Origin: Macrostomum lignano | Taxonomy: Eukaryota | Reading direction: 5' to 3' | Assembly (NCBI GenBank): GCA_002269645.1 | Contig: NIVC01000658.1 | Coordinates: forward strand, 186,001-250,000 | DNA length: 64,000 bases | Shown here: one piece after another, positions 23,326 to 35,861 of the stretch | Layout of the letters: each line of letters starts with the position of its first letter | How positions within the stretch are numbered: the stretch's first letter is position 1 | Position numbers and translations under genes: made by a program | The notes under the pieces: model-generated | Seen by the model: only the letters and a program-made list of their open reading frames with translations | Databases searched by the model: none | What the model was told of the DNA's origin: nothing

Positions 23326-26300
23326 ATGGCGACGAGTTCAAATGGACGGATTCCGGAGCTCACACAAGACTCCGACTTCGAGATTTACGCGGAGAGAATG
23401 GAGCAGTATTTCATCTGCAACAAGGTCGAGTCCACCGAGGACAAGCGCGCTACATTTCTCACTGCCATTGGAGAGAAACACCACAAACTGCTTCGGGACC
23501 TGTGCCATCCGGACAAGCTGACCACTAAGACATTCGAGCAACTCAGAGACGTCCTTAAGAACCACTGCTCACCTGCTCCTTCCGAGATTGCTGCCAGATT
23601 CAAGTTTCAGCGCAGGATGCAGCAAGAAGGCGAATCGTTCACAGTCTTCCTGGCAGGTCTCAAGTCTGCGGCGGTGCACTGCAATTTCGGCTCAACACTG
23701 AATGAGCGACTTCGTGATCAGCTGGTATTTGGCATGAGTAGCGATGCAATGCGCTCCAAGTTGTTGGAGAGTGCGAACAACTCCTACGAGGCGCTGACCA
23801 CCCTGGCTATTTCCTTGGAGACTTCGCAGAGATCTTCAAGCGAAATGTCGCTACCGTCGTCTACACACCGAGTCACGGCTCAACCAGCTGCGACCGCACG
23901 CCCCAGCAGCAGGTAAGCCAACTCGATGAGACCATCTGCCGGCGCGGCATCGCCCAAGACTAACCGTTGCGACAGCTGCGGAGGCTCTCATTCGCGACAG
24001 ACCTGCAGGCATCGCAGCGCCAAGTGCGACGGCTGCGGCAGGCTCGGTCATCTCAAGAAGGTCTGCCGTTCATCCAATGCTTCCATCAAGATGGTAGACG
24101 AGTCTGACTCCGCCACAGAGGACGAACAGGAGGAGGAGCCCATCTTCCACGTATCGAGCGCCTCCCGGTCGGCCATCATGGTGCCTCTGCAGGTGGAAAA
24201 GACGCTGACGCAGTTTGAGCTGGACACCGGATCAGCTGTCAGCTTGGCACCAAAGTCCTTCTACGACCAGCATCTCAGCCACCTACCGCTGCGCCCATCG
24301 AGGACCACACTGCGTACCTACACTGACCAGGAGTTTTGCCCGCTCGGCGAGGTGACTGTCAGTATCAACTATGAGGGACAGTCCTATGCGCTGCCACTGC
24401 TTATCGTGTCCGAAGGCGGCGCTCGGCTCCTTGGCCGCAACTGGCTGACGGCCATCCGACTGGACTGGCCCCGCTTGACTGCTCCAGTCAACGCCGTAGC
24501 GGAGAACCCCAACGACATCGCTGCAGAAATAATTCAGCAGTTTCCAGACGTCTTCGCGGACAACCTGGGCAAGTACCGACTGGGGGAGGTGAAGTTGCAC
24601 GTCCAGGACAGCGCCACGCCCCGTTTCTACAAGGCCCGGCCAGTACCTTACGCCCTGCGGGACAGCGTAGACAAGGAGCTGCAGCGAATGGAAGCAGAGG
24701 GCGTCATCACTCCAATCACCACCTCCGACTGGGCGGCGCCGATTGTTCCGGTCGTTAAGAAGGATGGCTCGGTGCGCATATGCGGAGACTACAAATGCAC
24801 CTTCAACCGCGTGGCCAAGCAGGAGCACTATCCATTGCCGAGGATCGAGAACCTGTTCGCACGGCTGGGCGGCGGCTACAAGTGGAGCAAGCTCGACCTG
24901 GCCAAGGCGTTTATGCAGCTGCCGATCTCCGAGGATAGCAAGCAGTTCCTCGTCGTCAACACCCAGCGAGGACTGTTTCAAGTCAACCGCTTGCCCTTCG
25001 GCATCTGCTCGGCCAGCGCCATCTTCCAGCGCGTGCTCGACACCCTGGTGGGGCACCTCGACGGTGTTCAAGTCTACCAGGATGACATCTTGGTGACGGG
25101 CTCTACATTGGCTGCGCACAAGGCCAACCTGATGCAAGTGCTGCACAAGCTGCAAGAGGCCGGTCTGCACATCAACGTGACCAAGTGCGCCTTCTTCAGA
25201 GATTCGATCGACTACCTGGGTCACCGGATCGACCGTCACGGTTTGCGGCCACTCGCTGACAAGATCGAGGCCGTGCAGCGTGCGCCGGCGCCGACCGATG
25301 TGAGTCAGGTGCGCTCCTACCTGGGCATGCTGACTCACTATGCAAAGTTCCTGCCCAACTTGGCGTCGGTTGTAGCACCTCTCAACCACCTGCTTACCAA
25401 GGGCGCAACTTGGAAGTGGGGCGATCCGAGGACCAGGCCTTCCGTGCTTCAAAGCAGCTGTTGCTGGACTCTGGTGCCCTGATGCACTTCAACCCGGACT
25501 TGCCTCTTCGGCTGGAGTGCGACGCGTCAGCATACGGCATTGGCGTCGTGCTCAGCCACCGCGTGAATGGCCAAGACCAAGCGATCGCGTTCGCCAGCAA
25601 GTCTCTGACCTCAGCCCAGCGCAATTACTCCCAGGTGGACAAGGAGGCGCTGGCAATCATCTACGGCGTGCAGCGCTTTCACCAATTTCTTTACGGTCGC
25701 CACTTCACCATCGTGACGGATCATCGGCCGCTCCTCGGACTGCTGGGCCCGGACAAGGAAATCCCGACGCGCGCTGCTGCCAGAATGCAGAGGTGGGCCA
25801 TCCGACTATCGGGCTACCAGTACTCCATGGAGTTCCGGCCGACCGAGAAGCACGGAAACTGCGATTCCCTCTCCCGCCTGCCGCTCAAGGGCAACTTCGT
25901 CGAAGAAGCCGCGGTACACTCGCTCACTCTAGAGGACGATTCGAGCGTCGCAGTGACTGCTGCTGCCATTGCCAAGGCAACTCAAGCCGACACGGCACTG
26001 TCAAAGCTGCTGTGGGCCCTGCGGTCGGGACAGGAGCTGCCAGCTAACGACTTCCCGGACTTCGCCCATCGTCAAGCAGAGCTTTCAGTCGAAGCCGGTT
26101 GTGTGCTGATGGGATCTCGCGTCGTTATCCCGGACACCCTGCGCCAGTCGGTGCTGCGGGAGCTGCATCTGGCACATCTCGGTGCGAGCCGAATGAAGGC
26201 CCTCGCACGGAGCTTCGTTTGGTGGCCTGGGCTAGACAAGGAACTAGAGCAGCTTGGGAGAGAGTGCGACACCTGCAGAGCTCATCAGGCAGACCCAGCA

Positions 26301-27281
26301 AAGGCTCCAGTGCATCCCTGGCTGTTCCCCAACGAACCATGGAGCCGCCTACATGTCGACTTCGCCGGCCCAGTCAACGGTCGAGTGTACATAGTCATTG
26401 TCGACGCCTACAGCAAATGGCCCGAAGTTCGCCTCATCAGCGACACGTCTGCTGGCGGGACCATCGGGCATCTCCGTGACGTATTCTGCCACTTGGGCCT
26501 GCCAAGGATTCTCGTCTCCGACAACGGCCCCCAGTTCGCCTCTCGTGAGTTCGCTGACTTCATGCGTAGCAACGGGATCCGGCACGTGACTTCAGCGCCC
26601 TACCACCCGGCCACCAACGGACAGGCCGAAAGATTCGTGCAGACGCTGAAATCCCACATCAGGAAGTCGGGTCACTCTGCGGAAGCCATGCAGCGCTTCC
26701 TGTTTGCCTACCGGATCACGCCGCATTCGAGCACCGGTGCCTCACCAAGCGAACTGCTATTCGGACGTCGCCTGCGATCCCGGCTGGACCTCCTGCGACC
26801 GTCCCTGACTGAACAGATGCGACACCGTCAGAGTGCGAGCACCGACTCGACGCCCCGCCAAGCCCGGTCCTTCGAAGTTGGTGACACCGTGCGAGTGAAG
26901 ACCTTCGGCAAGGATGCCGGCTGGCGGCCCGGCCTCGTCATGGCGGCGAGCAAGCGCAACTACGATGTCAAGGTCGGCGAGGGCATCGTCCAGCGCCACA
27001 TCGACCAACTCCTGCCAGAGCAGCGTCAGCAGCCTCCAGTAGTACCGGCTGTCGCGGCACCCGACCGAGTACCACCGTCAATTTCCGAACCGACACCGCG
27101 GTCTGAGGTGGGCCCGGACAGCTCAACTTCGGAGACTTCGGCAGCGGCCCCGACAGCTGCTCTCGCTGGACCTGCTCCTGCTCCGATCACGGAAGTCGCT
27201 GGACAGCACGCCGGAGCAATGCGCCGATATCCAGAACGCATACGGCTCGCGCCTGCCAGGTTTCAGGCGGGCAGTGATTGA
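23326..27281 (+). pseudogene. Gag-Pol polyprotein ORF with one in-frame TAA (23914-23916) and one 1-nt frameshift (~25418-25422)
   Basis: ORFs 23326..23916 and 23926..25482 are in the same frame. Protease LDTGSAVS; RT YQDD; RNase H CDASAYGIG and DHRPL; integrase HX3H...CX2C, HVDFAGP, SDNGPQF, NGQAERFV. The frame changes at WKWG/RSEDQAF within a G run. Confidence 0.93.
23327..23336 (+). promoter_or_regulatory. Primer-binding site TGGCGACGAG, consistent with tRNA-Ser(GCU); overlaps the gag start codon
   Basis: Starts 1 nt after the LTR end. Complementary to the ...CTCGTCG-CCA 3' end of metazoan tRNA-Ser(GCU) as I recall it. ATG at 23326-23328. Confidence 0.8.
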
Positions 27282-27322
27282 ACCTTGTGACACTGACTTG
27301 ACTCACAAACTAATCTTGAATC

Positions 27323-27588
27323 ACCAGTATGTGCATGCACTCAGTACGAGTATTGATTTGTATTTGTACTTTCCTATTATTTCTTTCTCTATTATTATCT
27401 ATGCAAGCTTGGCACGTTAGGTTTGAGTTTTTGCTATTTGAGTTATGGGCAAATTGTGTACGCTTAAATTATGTCATCACTCTCGCGCACGTAGCATCGC
27501 TTTACAATATAATACAGACATCAGAGCTTTGATAGCTCTCTCGTAGTCTTCAACCACTTTAAACAAGCAGCATAGCTGATTTACCACA
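27323..27588 (+). repeat. 3' LTR (266 bp), lacking the first 12 bp
   Basis: Identical to 23059-23325 except for one missing A (AATATAAAT vs AATATAAT). Confidence 0.96.
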
Positions 27589-27847
27589 CGAGGTTTCCCG
27601 TCCTTCTACTTAAGTCGTCCTTGCTATAGCCTTGTAGCGGCCTTGTAGCAGGCGCTGTAACGCTGTTCTGGTTTTACGACTTAAGCTTGTACTAAAAGTA
27701 TATTTATACAGTATCATGTATTAATTTAAAATTTATAGTGTAGTGTTACGTCAATACGTGTCCTGATTGAACTACAACGTTAATCATCGTATTATCATTT
27801 TGTTATAAAAACAACTTTTCTTATTTTCAAAGAAAATTAAAAGGTAT

Positions 27848-28532
27848 TGTGGTAGGCCGGTCTACCACTCGGAGGACGACAGCAGGTCACCAGCGGACAA
27901 GGCGGCTTTCCACCTGCTGAATTGACTGACGTCATGAGTTTCATTGGTTGTCCCCTTGGCTGTCCCCCGGTTGTCCCGGCCGTTGCTCCCCTGTTTGCTC
28001 CTCCCGCTGTTCCATCCCCTGGTCCGTTTTGTTTTACCGTTTCCAGCGGCCGGCTTTTCCCTGTTCCTCTGGGTGCCCCTTTCTCTCTTCCACTCGGTGC
28101 CCCACCCCCTGGGTTTTGCTGCGCCCATTACTATTTATAAGCCGTGTTTTGCTATGTTGCTCAACCGTTCCTCTCCTCCCGCTCCCTTCTTTTTTTCTTC
28201 CGTTTACTTGCTTGAACTCAGTGCGTAACTTCTACTTTTAGTATCCTAGCTTGCACCCTCGGCACCGCCGAATTAGTCTCGCCGTCGCGACTATTTAATA
28301 TCCAGCAATAAGTCTTAATGACTTTGCTTAACGTCATATTTATTCAACTGGACAAATAATAATAACCAATCTAATAATTATTTTCGTTCGCCCTTAATCG
28401 AAGCCTTTAGTTTTATTGAATCACTTGCCCACGGGCGTCAAACAAATTAATTTGTCTCAACTCAAAGAAAGCTCTGAGACCCTCAACGTTCCGTAATACG
28501 AAATGACGGTGGTGGCAGCGCTACCTTACTAC
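27848..28532 (+). mobile_element. Possible solo LTR or LTR-like fragment of a second retroelement
   Basis: Starts TGTGGTAGG, has TATTTATAAG at ~28131 and TGGTGGCAGCG (tRNA-Leu PBS-like) at 28510-28520. No clean CA end or TSD found. Confidence 0.3.
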
Positions 28533-30289
28533 TGACAGTAACAAACCGAGCATATCGACAAATTTACGGCGTCTGAGGACCCAACTGAACGACCGTGCCG
28601 TTAAAAGACTGCTCGACTTCGAATTACGACTACCCTCCCCCGGAATTGAGGACCCGGCAGACGGAGTATCAAAAGAGAAGCTATACGAATCAGTTCGTGA
28701 AATTTTCCGGCTTTACGAGTGCCGAGACAACACAGGCGGCAATTCAAAGTTGAACCGCCCCACCTCATTGGTGTCAGCAACCGACCGATTTCAAAAAGTT
28801 TATTTTTTTATTTTCTTCTCCGCCCCTACCTCAGTATCTGCAGCTGTTTAAATCGTGATTGTTTTTTGAGCTTCAGGTTAAGGTTCTAAATGCGAAGTCA
28901 ATCAAAATCAAGGAGTTATTATTTTGCAACCTGGTAACTGTGTTTCTTACAAACACAAAGAATATGAATCCCGACGATACGGTATTGCCCAAGGTCAACG
29001 ACGCCAATAAAAGGAGTAGGCCTAAGGGGAAAACTTCATTTCCTAGAAAAAAAATAGGAGACGTTATTTCACGAAAATTATACATATTGGAAATACAAGC
29101 ATTTTATTTATTGCCCGAGAAAATAGTGGTAACTTTTATGGAAAAAAAGATTAAAAGTTTATAACATAGCAAAACATCTAAGCCCTTGGGCTTGGCAGCT
29201 ATGCTATAGCCAATTAGCTGGCCTATGAAAGATTCCATACGCATAGGCCTACAAGATTTTCTAGTGCAACAGCCTTCTAATCTTAGTTATGTCTTAGACT
29301 AGCTAAAGCAATAGTAAAGCCTAAAGTCATTTATATTTAAAGCCTAAAGTCCTATATACTTAAAGCCTAACTAAAGCCTTACAAAAACTTTGTTAGCACT
29401 TAAAAAATAATTATGCAAATTAGGTATGATCCAGAAAAATTTTAACGGGGGCAGCTTTACCAAGCACTACAACCCAAGATTGGAAAATAGACCTGGCATA
29501 TTTGCAAGCTAAAAAGTATGGCCCAAAGTTTTTTGACAATAGCTGAAGGGGGACTTGGCTTTGGCGGCGGCGCACGACCAAGACCGCCACACCAAGACCG
29601 CCACAGCTCTTACTGGCTACTGGAATTGAGGGGGAGCTACCAATCTTCCAGCATTAATGCTATTGGTTGTGAAGGGTTGTGGAGTTAGATGAGGAGGAAG
29701 CGTCCCAAGATTGGTCACGAATAAGACGAATAAGTGGCCCAAAACGATTGCAAGTCAACCAGGGCAATTTTAACAATATCTTTAACAAAACCACAATTTG
29801 TTACTTTTAACAGTAGATGAGCATGAATACTGCTTTTGAGAGCAAAATCTTGAATAATTAGATTTAACTTCCTACTTTCAAAAAGCCTTCAATTGCAAGT
29901 TGCTGTAATTTGAAAAGTTTTTACGAGCTCGCATGGTTATACGAGCGATTCGGCGTCTGGGTGCGTAGTGCATTACGGACAAACAAATATTATGCGACTT
30001 GATATGTGCTATGGTACGTGGATTTAGAAGTGCCATTCATTTTGACGAAGGTTTACATGTATTTTGACGAAAGCAATTGTTAACCACTATCGTTCACTCA
30101 CATAACAGAAAAAGCGCATCTTAGGCCCAATGCCTATGAGAATGTCTGTACATATGTACGAGCATTGTGTGTATTTTATTGTGTACTCAAAGCCGAGAAT
30201 TTCGGAGAAAGCAAAGGGAGAGGATGATAGTAAATGTACATGTACATGTAATATGAGAGAATATATGGAGAGGGGTTAGAAGATCTCGA

Positions 30290-30682
<393 letters not shown>

Positions 30683-32881
30683 ACCAGGTCGATCATTGTC
30701 AATTGCATGGTAAATTAAAAGCAAGTGTAGCGATATACTGTCCGTCTGTTGTATGGTATAGATCAGAACTGCACAGTACACTGGTACCCAATGTGATGTA
30801 CAAATGTACAATTGTTGCTTTTTATTCGTACAAATAGTTTTAGAACGTATTTTTTAATGAACAGGGAGAACATCCGAAATTAAAGTAAACGATTACATGT
30901 GCATATGATGTACATGCATTTTCGTGCCATACATTTTTATTGCATTAAGAGCGATCACAGTAACTTTTGAGTGAGTGATCAAGTGTGCGAGTGAGTGAGT
31001 GAGCGAGTGAGATTCAGATACACATGTAGAAGGTGAGAGAGTGAGTGAGTTAGTGATTGAGTGATTCAAAAGTGAGTATGAAAACTGCTTACCAGGCCTC
31101 ATACAACTCGATTGAGGCCCAGCAGCTCACATATCACAGATCGCTACTTAAGTGTCGTTTTTATAGGAATTGAAGCCTGTACATGTACACGTAATAACAA
31201 CGGTATGGCTGCACGATTCACCACCCGGTAACCTCTAAATACATGTGCATGTTGGCCTGCCTGCCTGCGATCGAATTGGCATATTTGCATTGGCAATCGG
31301 ACATGCTTGAATCACACATGAAAACTCACATTATAACAAATTATAACAATGACAACCAACTCAAAGACCACATTCGAAACTGCGAATTAAGAATGCAATT
31401 AAGTCAAGAGCTTTTTTCCCAGCTTTCTACTAAAAGTAGCTGTTTATTTAGGATTGATAGTTCCTTTACAATTCAAATTGAATGAAAAAACGAGGAGGGA
31501 TCACCCACGGTCGCTCTGAAGGCCGGTTCCTCTCTCGCGGCCTTGTCCTGTTGACTCTCCCTATCTCACCCTCCCCAGCACCATCCAATAACATGGCGAG
31601 CCAAATTCCTCCCCCAAGTGTGGCGGTCTTGGTCCTACACCTTGGCGGCTCGGCCCCCTGCCCCTACTAGATCTACAATACATACATCTACTGTGTTGTA
31701 AATAAAAAGAACATTAATGCCTATTAAATTCTTAGAATTTGAAATTATAACATTCTAAGACTACTAAGTATAATAGACATACATATAGAATTACTAGTTG
31801 ACCTAGGCCTAGCTAGTGCTAGTCTGGCTAAATGTATGTAACAAAATTGAAAACCAAAATTAAAAAAGTATAGGGCCTACTAAGGCCTACAATAGAATAG
31901 ATCAAAGGGAAAATAAAGAAAAAGTACAGTAACACTAGGATTAGGAATGCAAAATAAAAAAGCAAAATGCTAAAATTTAGGCCCTATCATTCTTTTATCA
32001 AATTGTAAAAGAAAGCAAAGCTACATAAAGGATTATATAAAAGGTTGTAAGTTGCTTTGAAAGTTGCATTATTGGTCAAAACAAGTTATATAGGCATATA
32101 GCTATAAGCTAATATAATTTTGATAGATATTATTTATAATTATAGTTAAATAGGGGCCTAGTATTTTATAAAAAAATTAAAATTTCTAGATTCTAGGCCC
32201 TAGCCAAACTAGGCCTAGCCTAGGCCTATCATTTTACTAAGTTATATTTTCATTTATTACCAGCAATAGGGGCCTAATAATAATATTAATAAAAGAAAAG
32301 TCAATGAATTTATTTTAGGTATTTATTCTATCTAGGCCTTAATAGCAAAATTTTATTTAAAAGTATTGAATAAATGCTTGTTTTAAATAGGTATTAAGCT
32401 AGGCCTAGTCACTTTATCAATAGGCATTTTATTAAATAATTTACTAAGTCTAAGTGACTATTAGGTAAGAGCACAGATACTATAAACCCAGATAGGCCAC
32501 TCAGGCTAATTTTCTAGGCAAGTTTTTTATTTTACTTTCTATTTAGTAGCAATGAAAGGAAGCAACAGTATTATTTGCTAAATTAGACAAATTGAGTGAT
32601 TGTTTTTGAGACATCGTTTTGCTAATGCTATAAACAACTAACTTGTTTTGTGCAATAATGGTGTACATTAAGACGCGACAGACAGTGTACAATGCTGCTA
32701 TCTTTCAAAGTGGAGGAAAGGGGGTAGTCTGGAATAGGGTTAATATCAGTTTCACAAGGCAGGGTGAGTGGCTGGGTTTTTTTTTCGCCAGAGATAAGGT
32801 GCGAAATCGCACCTTGTGCCAAATTTCAAGGTGCGATTTTAAGGCTCAGAGTGCAATTTCTCTTGAGTCTTGTTTAGAATG

Positions 32882-35357
32882 TGAGGGTTTCACGAGAGAT
32901 ATTCAGACAGACATTCGAAACGATCGTCTGTAACTTTAAACAAAATTGACCCGCTTCAACCATCTTTTAGGCAAATACTTACGCAAGTGTTGGGCGTCAA
33001 ATAAGCTTTAATTTATTAACTGAAGTAAAAATCCTTCTGACATACATTGATTTAAAAATTGCTTAGCAACACTAGCTCTGATTAGAAATCGCTTTACTGT
33101 TGACTAAAATTGTTTTGATTGTAGCAGCCTAAAAGCAGATACTGGATTTAAAAATGCTTCGATTTACTCTATACGCATGTCTCAGCTTTAAAATGACACC
33201 TCGGGCGTCGCAAAAGACAGCTTTGATGCTGAGATATTCGACACTAAACAATTGCTTTGTGCAAACTCATATTCAGAAATTTCACTGATTTTTGTCGATA
33301 TTTGTGCAGCTGCCATGTCCTTGTTTTTCATCAGAAACTTGTCAAATTCTAGTCATGTCCAGTTTAAACCTAGACTTCTCTTAAACTGTCTTAAGTATTT
33401 GATTTTTAATGATTCCTGCCTTTATATTGCATAGATTGTACCTGAGTCAGTGAGTCTGTGAGTGTACATTTGTACATATGGCGACCAATCATGACTTTTT
33501 CACCGCTTTGCAATTCAAATAAATATACGAGTGTACAAGAAACATGTTCCAATTGTTATTGAGAGAAATTGACGTTGCGTTTATTAACAGTCAGTGGCAA
33601 TTAATATGAAGCAAATAGTTTATTGTTATGTTTTTACTTTTTTTGCGTGGCAATTCTGCTATCCAAATTGGAATGAGGTAAGCGGTGGGAATAAAATAAA
33701 AAGGAAGAATTTTTTCTACTGTTGTTGCAACCCAATAGCTATATGTACTTCAAACTTTTTAGATTGAACAGGCGATTTATAATGTACTGCTAAGCTTTCC
33801 AATCCCTACGGACTACCGTAGCAGTTCTTAACTTTTTTTCTGTCTTGACTTCTAGACTCGGAATTCGGAACAACCTAAGGAGCCGCATGAAAATATTTAA
33901 TTGGATAAAGATATTTTCTAAAAACAGCTCAAGTCGTGACACATCTTCTTCTCACCTCAGTCCATCAACTGCTGCTCCTTCTGAGACCGAAGCAATCGTG
34001 AAAGTAAAACAGATCAGTTTAGATCCCATGGCCATGAATACAACCATTTCAATTGTGAACCTGCTTCGCTTACAAGTACGAGCACTAGCCTTCCATTTGA
34101 TGCCATTAGCTCACTTAACTCTGAAATAGTTCAAGGACGGTTCCAAATGTTGAGATCTGACGTAGAAGCAGTCCAATTTGCGGAAATTTATCAACTGGAC
34201 TCCATGAATCACTCCAATGAAAGGTGGCAAATAGCTGCAGAATGCGTAAACAAGTTTAAGTGAGTCACAAAAACCCCCATTTACAGTAACTACATACACT
34301 TGTACGTTAGCAAGGCTCCATGCGATGGTTAATAAATGGAGAAGTAGACAAGCATCTGAACAAATATTGAATAAAAATCAGTGAAGTTTCCGAATGTGAG
34401 TTCGAGCAAAGCAATGTTTAGTGTCGAATATCTCAGCATCAAAGCTGTCTTTTGCAACGCCTGAGGTGTCATTCTAAAGCTGAGACATGCTTATAGACAT
34501 GACTAGAATTTGACGAGATTCCGATGAAAAACAAGGACACGGCAACTGCACAAATATCGACAAAAAATCAGTGAAATTTCTGAATGTGAGTTTACGCAAA
34601 GCAATGCATGTTTAGTGTCGAATATCTCAGCATCAAAGCTGTCTTTTGCGACGCCTAAGGTGTCATTTTAAAGCTGAGACATGCGTATAGAGTAAATCGA
34701 AGCATTTTTAAATCCAGTATCTGCTTTTAGGCTGCTACGATCAAAACAATTTTAGTCAACAGTAAAGCGATTTCTAATCAGAGCTAGTGTTGCTAAGCAA
34801 TTTTTAAATCAATGTATGTCAGAAGGATTTTTACTTCAGTTAATAAATTAAAGCTTATTCGACGCCCAACACTTGCGTAAGTATTTGCCAAAAAGATGGT
34901 TGAAACGGGTCAATTTTGTTTGAAGTTACAGACAATCATTTTGAATGTCTGTCTGAATGGGTCTCCCTAAAACACGCCCCGCACCGCCCTGCAGCGCTAT
35001 ACATTAAAACAAATTGGACTATAACTAAAGACACTTCAGAATGCGTTTTCTGTTAAGCTTCAAGTTTTTATTAAATTTAGTTTTTTTACTTTGAAATATA
35101 AAATTTGGTGAACAATAAGTGATATTAATAATAATATTAATAAAATAATAATATTATAAATTAATAATGAAAACGAGAATATAAAAAAAATAATATTTAA
35201 AAAAATAAATAAAGATGTTTATTCCATTACTATTTTAACTTTTCCTTGCAATCAAATACTGCATTGACAAAAAATGTTATAATGTGTAGCGGTTTGGGGC
35301 CCGGTGCGGGGCGTGTTTTAGGGAGCCCCTGTCTGAATATCTCTCGTGAAACCCTCA
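32882..35357. mobile_element. Long-inverted-repeat (foldback-like) element nested in the hAT element; superfamily not assigned
   Basis: The ~480-bp arm 32882-33360 (TGAGGGTTTCACGAGAGATATTCAGAC...) is mirrored by 34496-34958 plus 35331-35357. The right arm carries a partial ~190-bp tandem duplication (34363-34495 vs 34550-34690). No convincing TSD. Confidence 0.85.
34959..35331. mobile_element. ~370-bp MITE (hAT-like end) inserted in the right arm of the foldback element
   Basis: TIR GGGTCTCCCTAAAACACGCCCCGCACC vs GGTGCGGGGCGTGTTTTAGGGAGCCCCTG, flanked by duplicated GTCTGAAT (34951-34958 and 35331-35338). AT-rich interior. Confidence 0.85.
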
Positions 35358-35861
35358 TATTGCTCACATTTCTGACAACTGGGAATGTATATTTTAATAT
35401 CTTACATAAGGCTATAGCTATAGGCTATATCGCCTATATGACTTAATAGGATTTAAAGAGTTATTTTGTTTCATATTTTAAGGCAGTGCATAAAAAATAG
35501 CTTAAGCATGGTTAAGCCTTTAAAGAAAAATGGTTATAAGACCGCACCTAAACCGCACCTACTTTTTTAATTTCAGGGTGCGATTTTAAAATTTAGGGTG
35601 CATACGCACACTCTGCGCACAAAAAAAAAACCCTGGTGAGTGGATTGATAATTTAGGCCCACTGGTAGTGGGATAGAAAATAAAAGACTGCACATAGCTA
35701 GCCTGGGTTAGGGGTGGGGGTTGAGAGGTTGTGGGTTAGAAAATTTGAGGGTGGCAAATTGTGCTTAAATACAAGCTTATATAGATAAACTCTTTAAGAG
35801 TCAGTTAAAGAAAGTTTGAGTGTATACTAGTTTTTTTTTATCTAATCTCGTACTTGTAGAA

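Larger units (their letters stand above)
23047..27588 (+). mobile_element. Ty3/Gypsy LTR retrotransposon, Mag-like clade, near-complete and very recent
   Basis: TG...CA ends; 5-bp TSD CGAGG at 23042-23046 and 27589-27593; domain order gag-PR-RT-RNaseH-IN; two zinc knuckles CX2CX3HX4C + CX2CX4HX4C typical of Mag elements. Confidence 0.97.
22368..27623. mobile_element. Non-autonomous palindromic DNA transposon (MITE/foldback, ~709 bp when the LTR element is removed), P- or hAT-like; interrupted by the Gypsy element
   Basis: Termini CAAGGACGACTTAAGTAGAAGGACGGGAAACCTCG (22368) and its reverse complement ending at 27623. Perfect 8-bp TSD CTATAGCC at 22360-22367 and 27624-27631. The arms pair over ~340 bp around a centre near 22715-22745. 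Confidence 0.92.
32772..35635. mobile_element. Non-autonomous hAT-like element nested in the P element
   Basis: Termini CTGGGTTTTTTTTT (32772) and AAAAAAAAAACCCTG (35635); perfect 8-bp TSD GTGAGTGG at 32764-32771 and 35636-35643; subterminal GGTGCG motifs at both ends. Confidence 0.85.

Noticed and set aside
25410-25425. Programmed ribosomal frameshift in pol
   Set aside because: It falls between RT and RNase H within a G homopolymer with no slippery heptamer; more likely a mutation or sequencing indel.
24283-25452. 389-aa antisense ORF in the retrotransposon
   Set aside because: Shadow of GC-rich pol with no recognisable domain.
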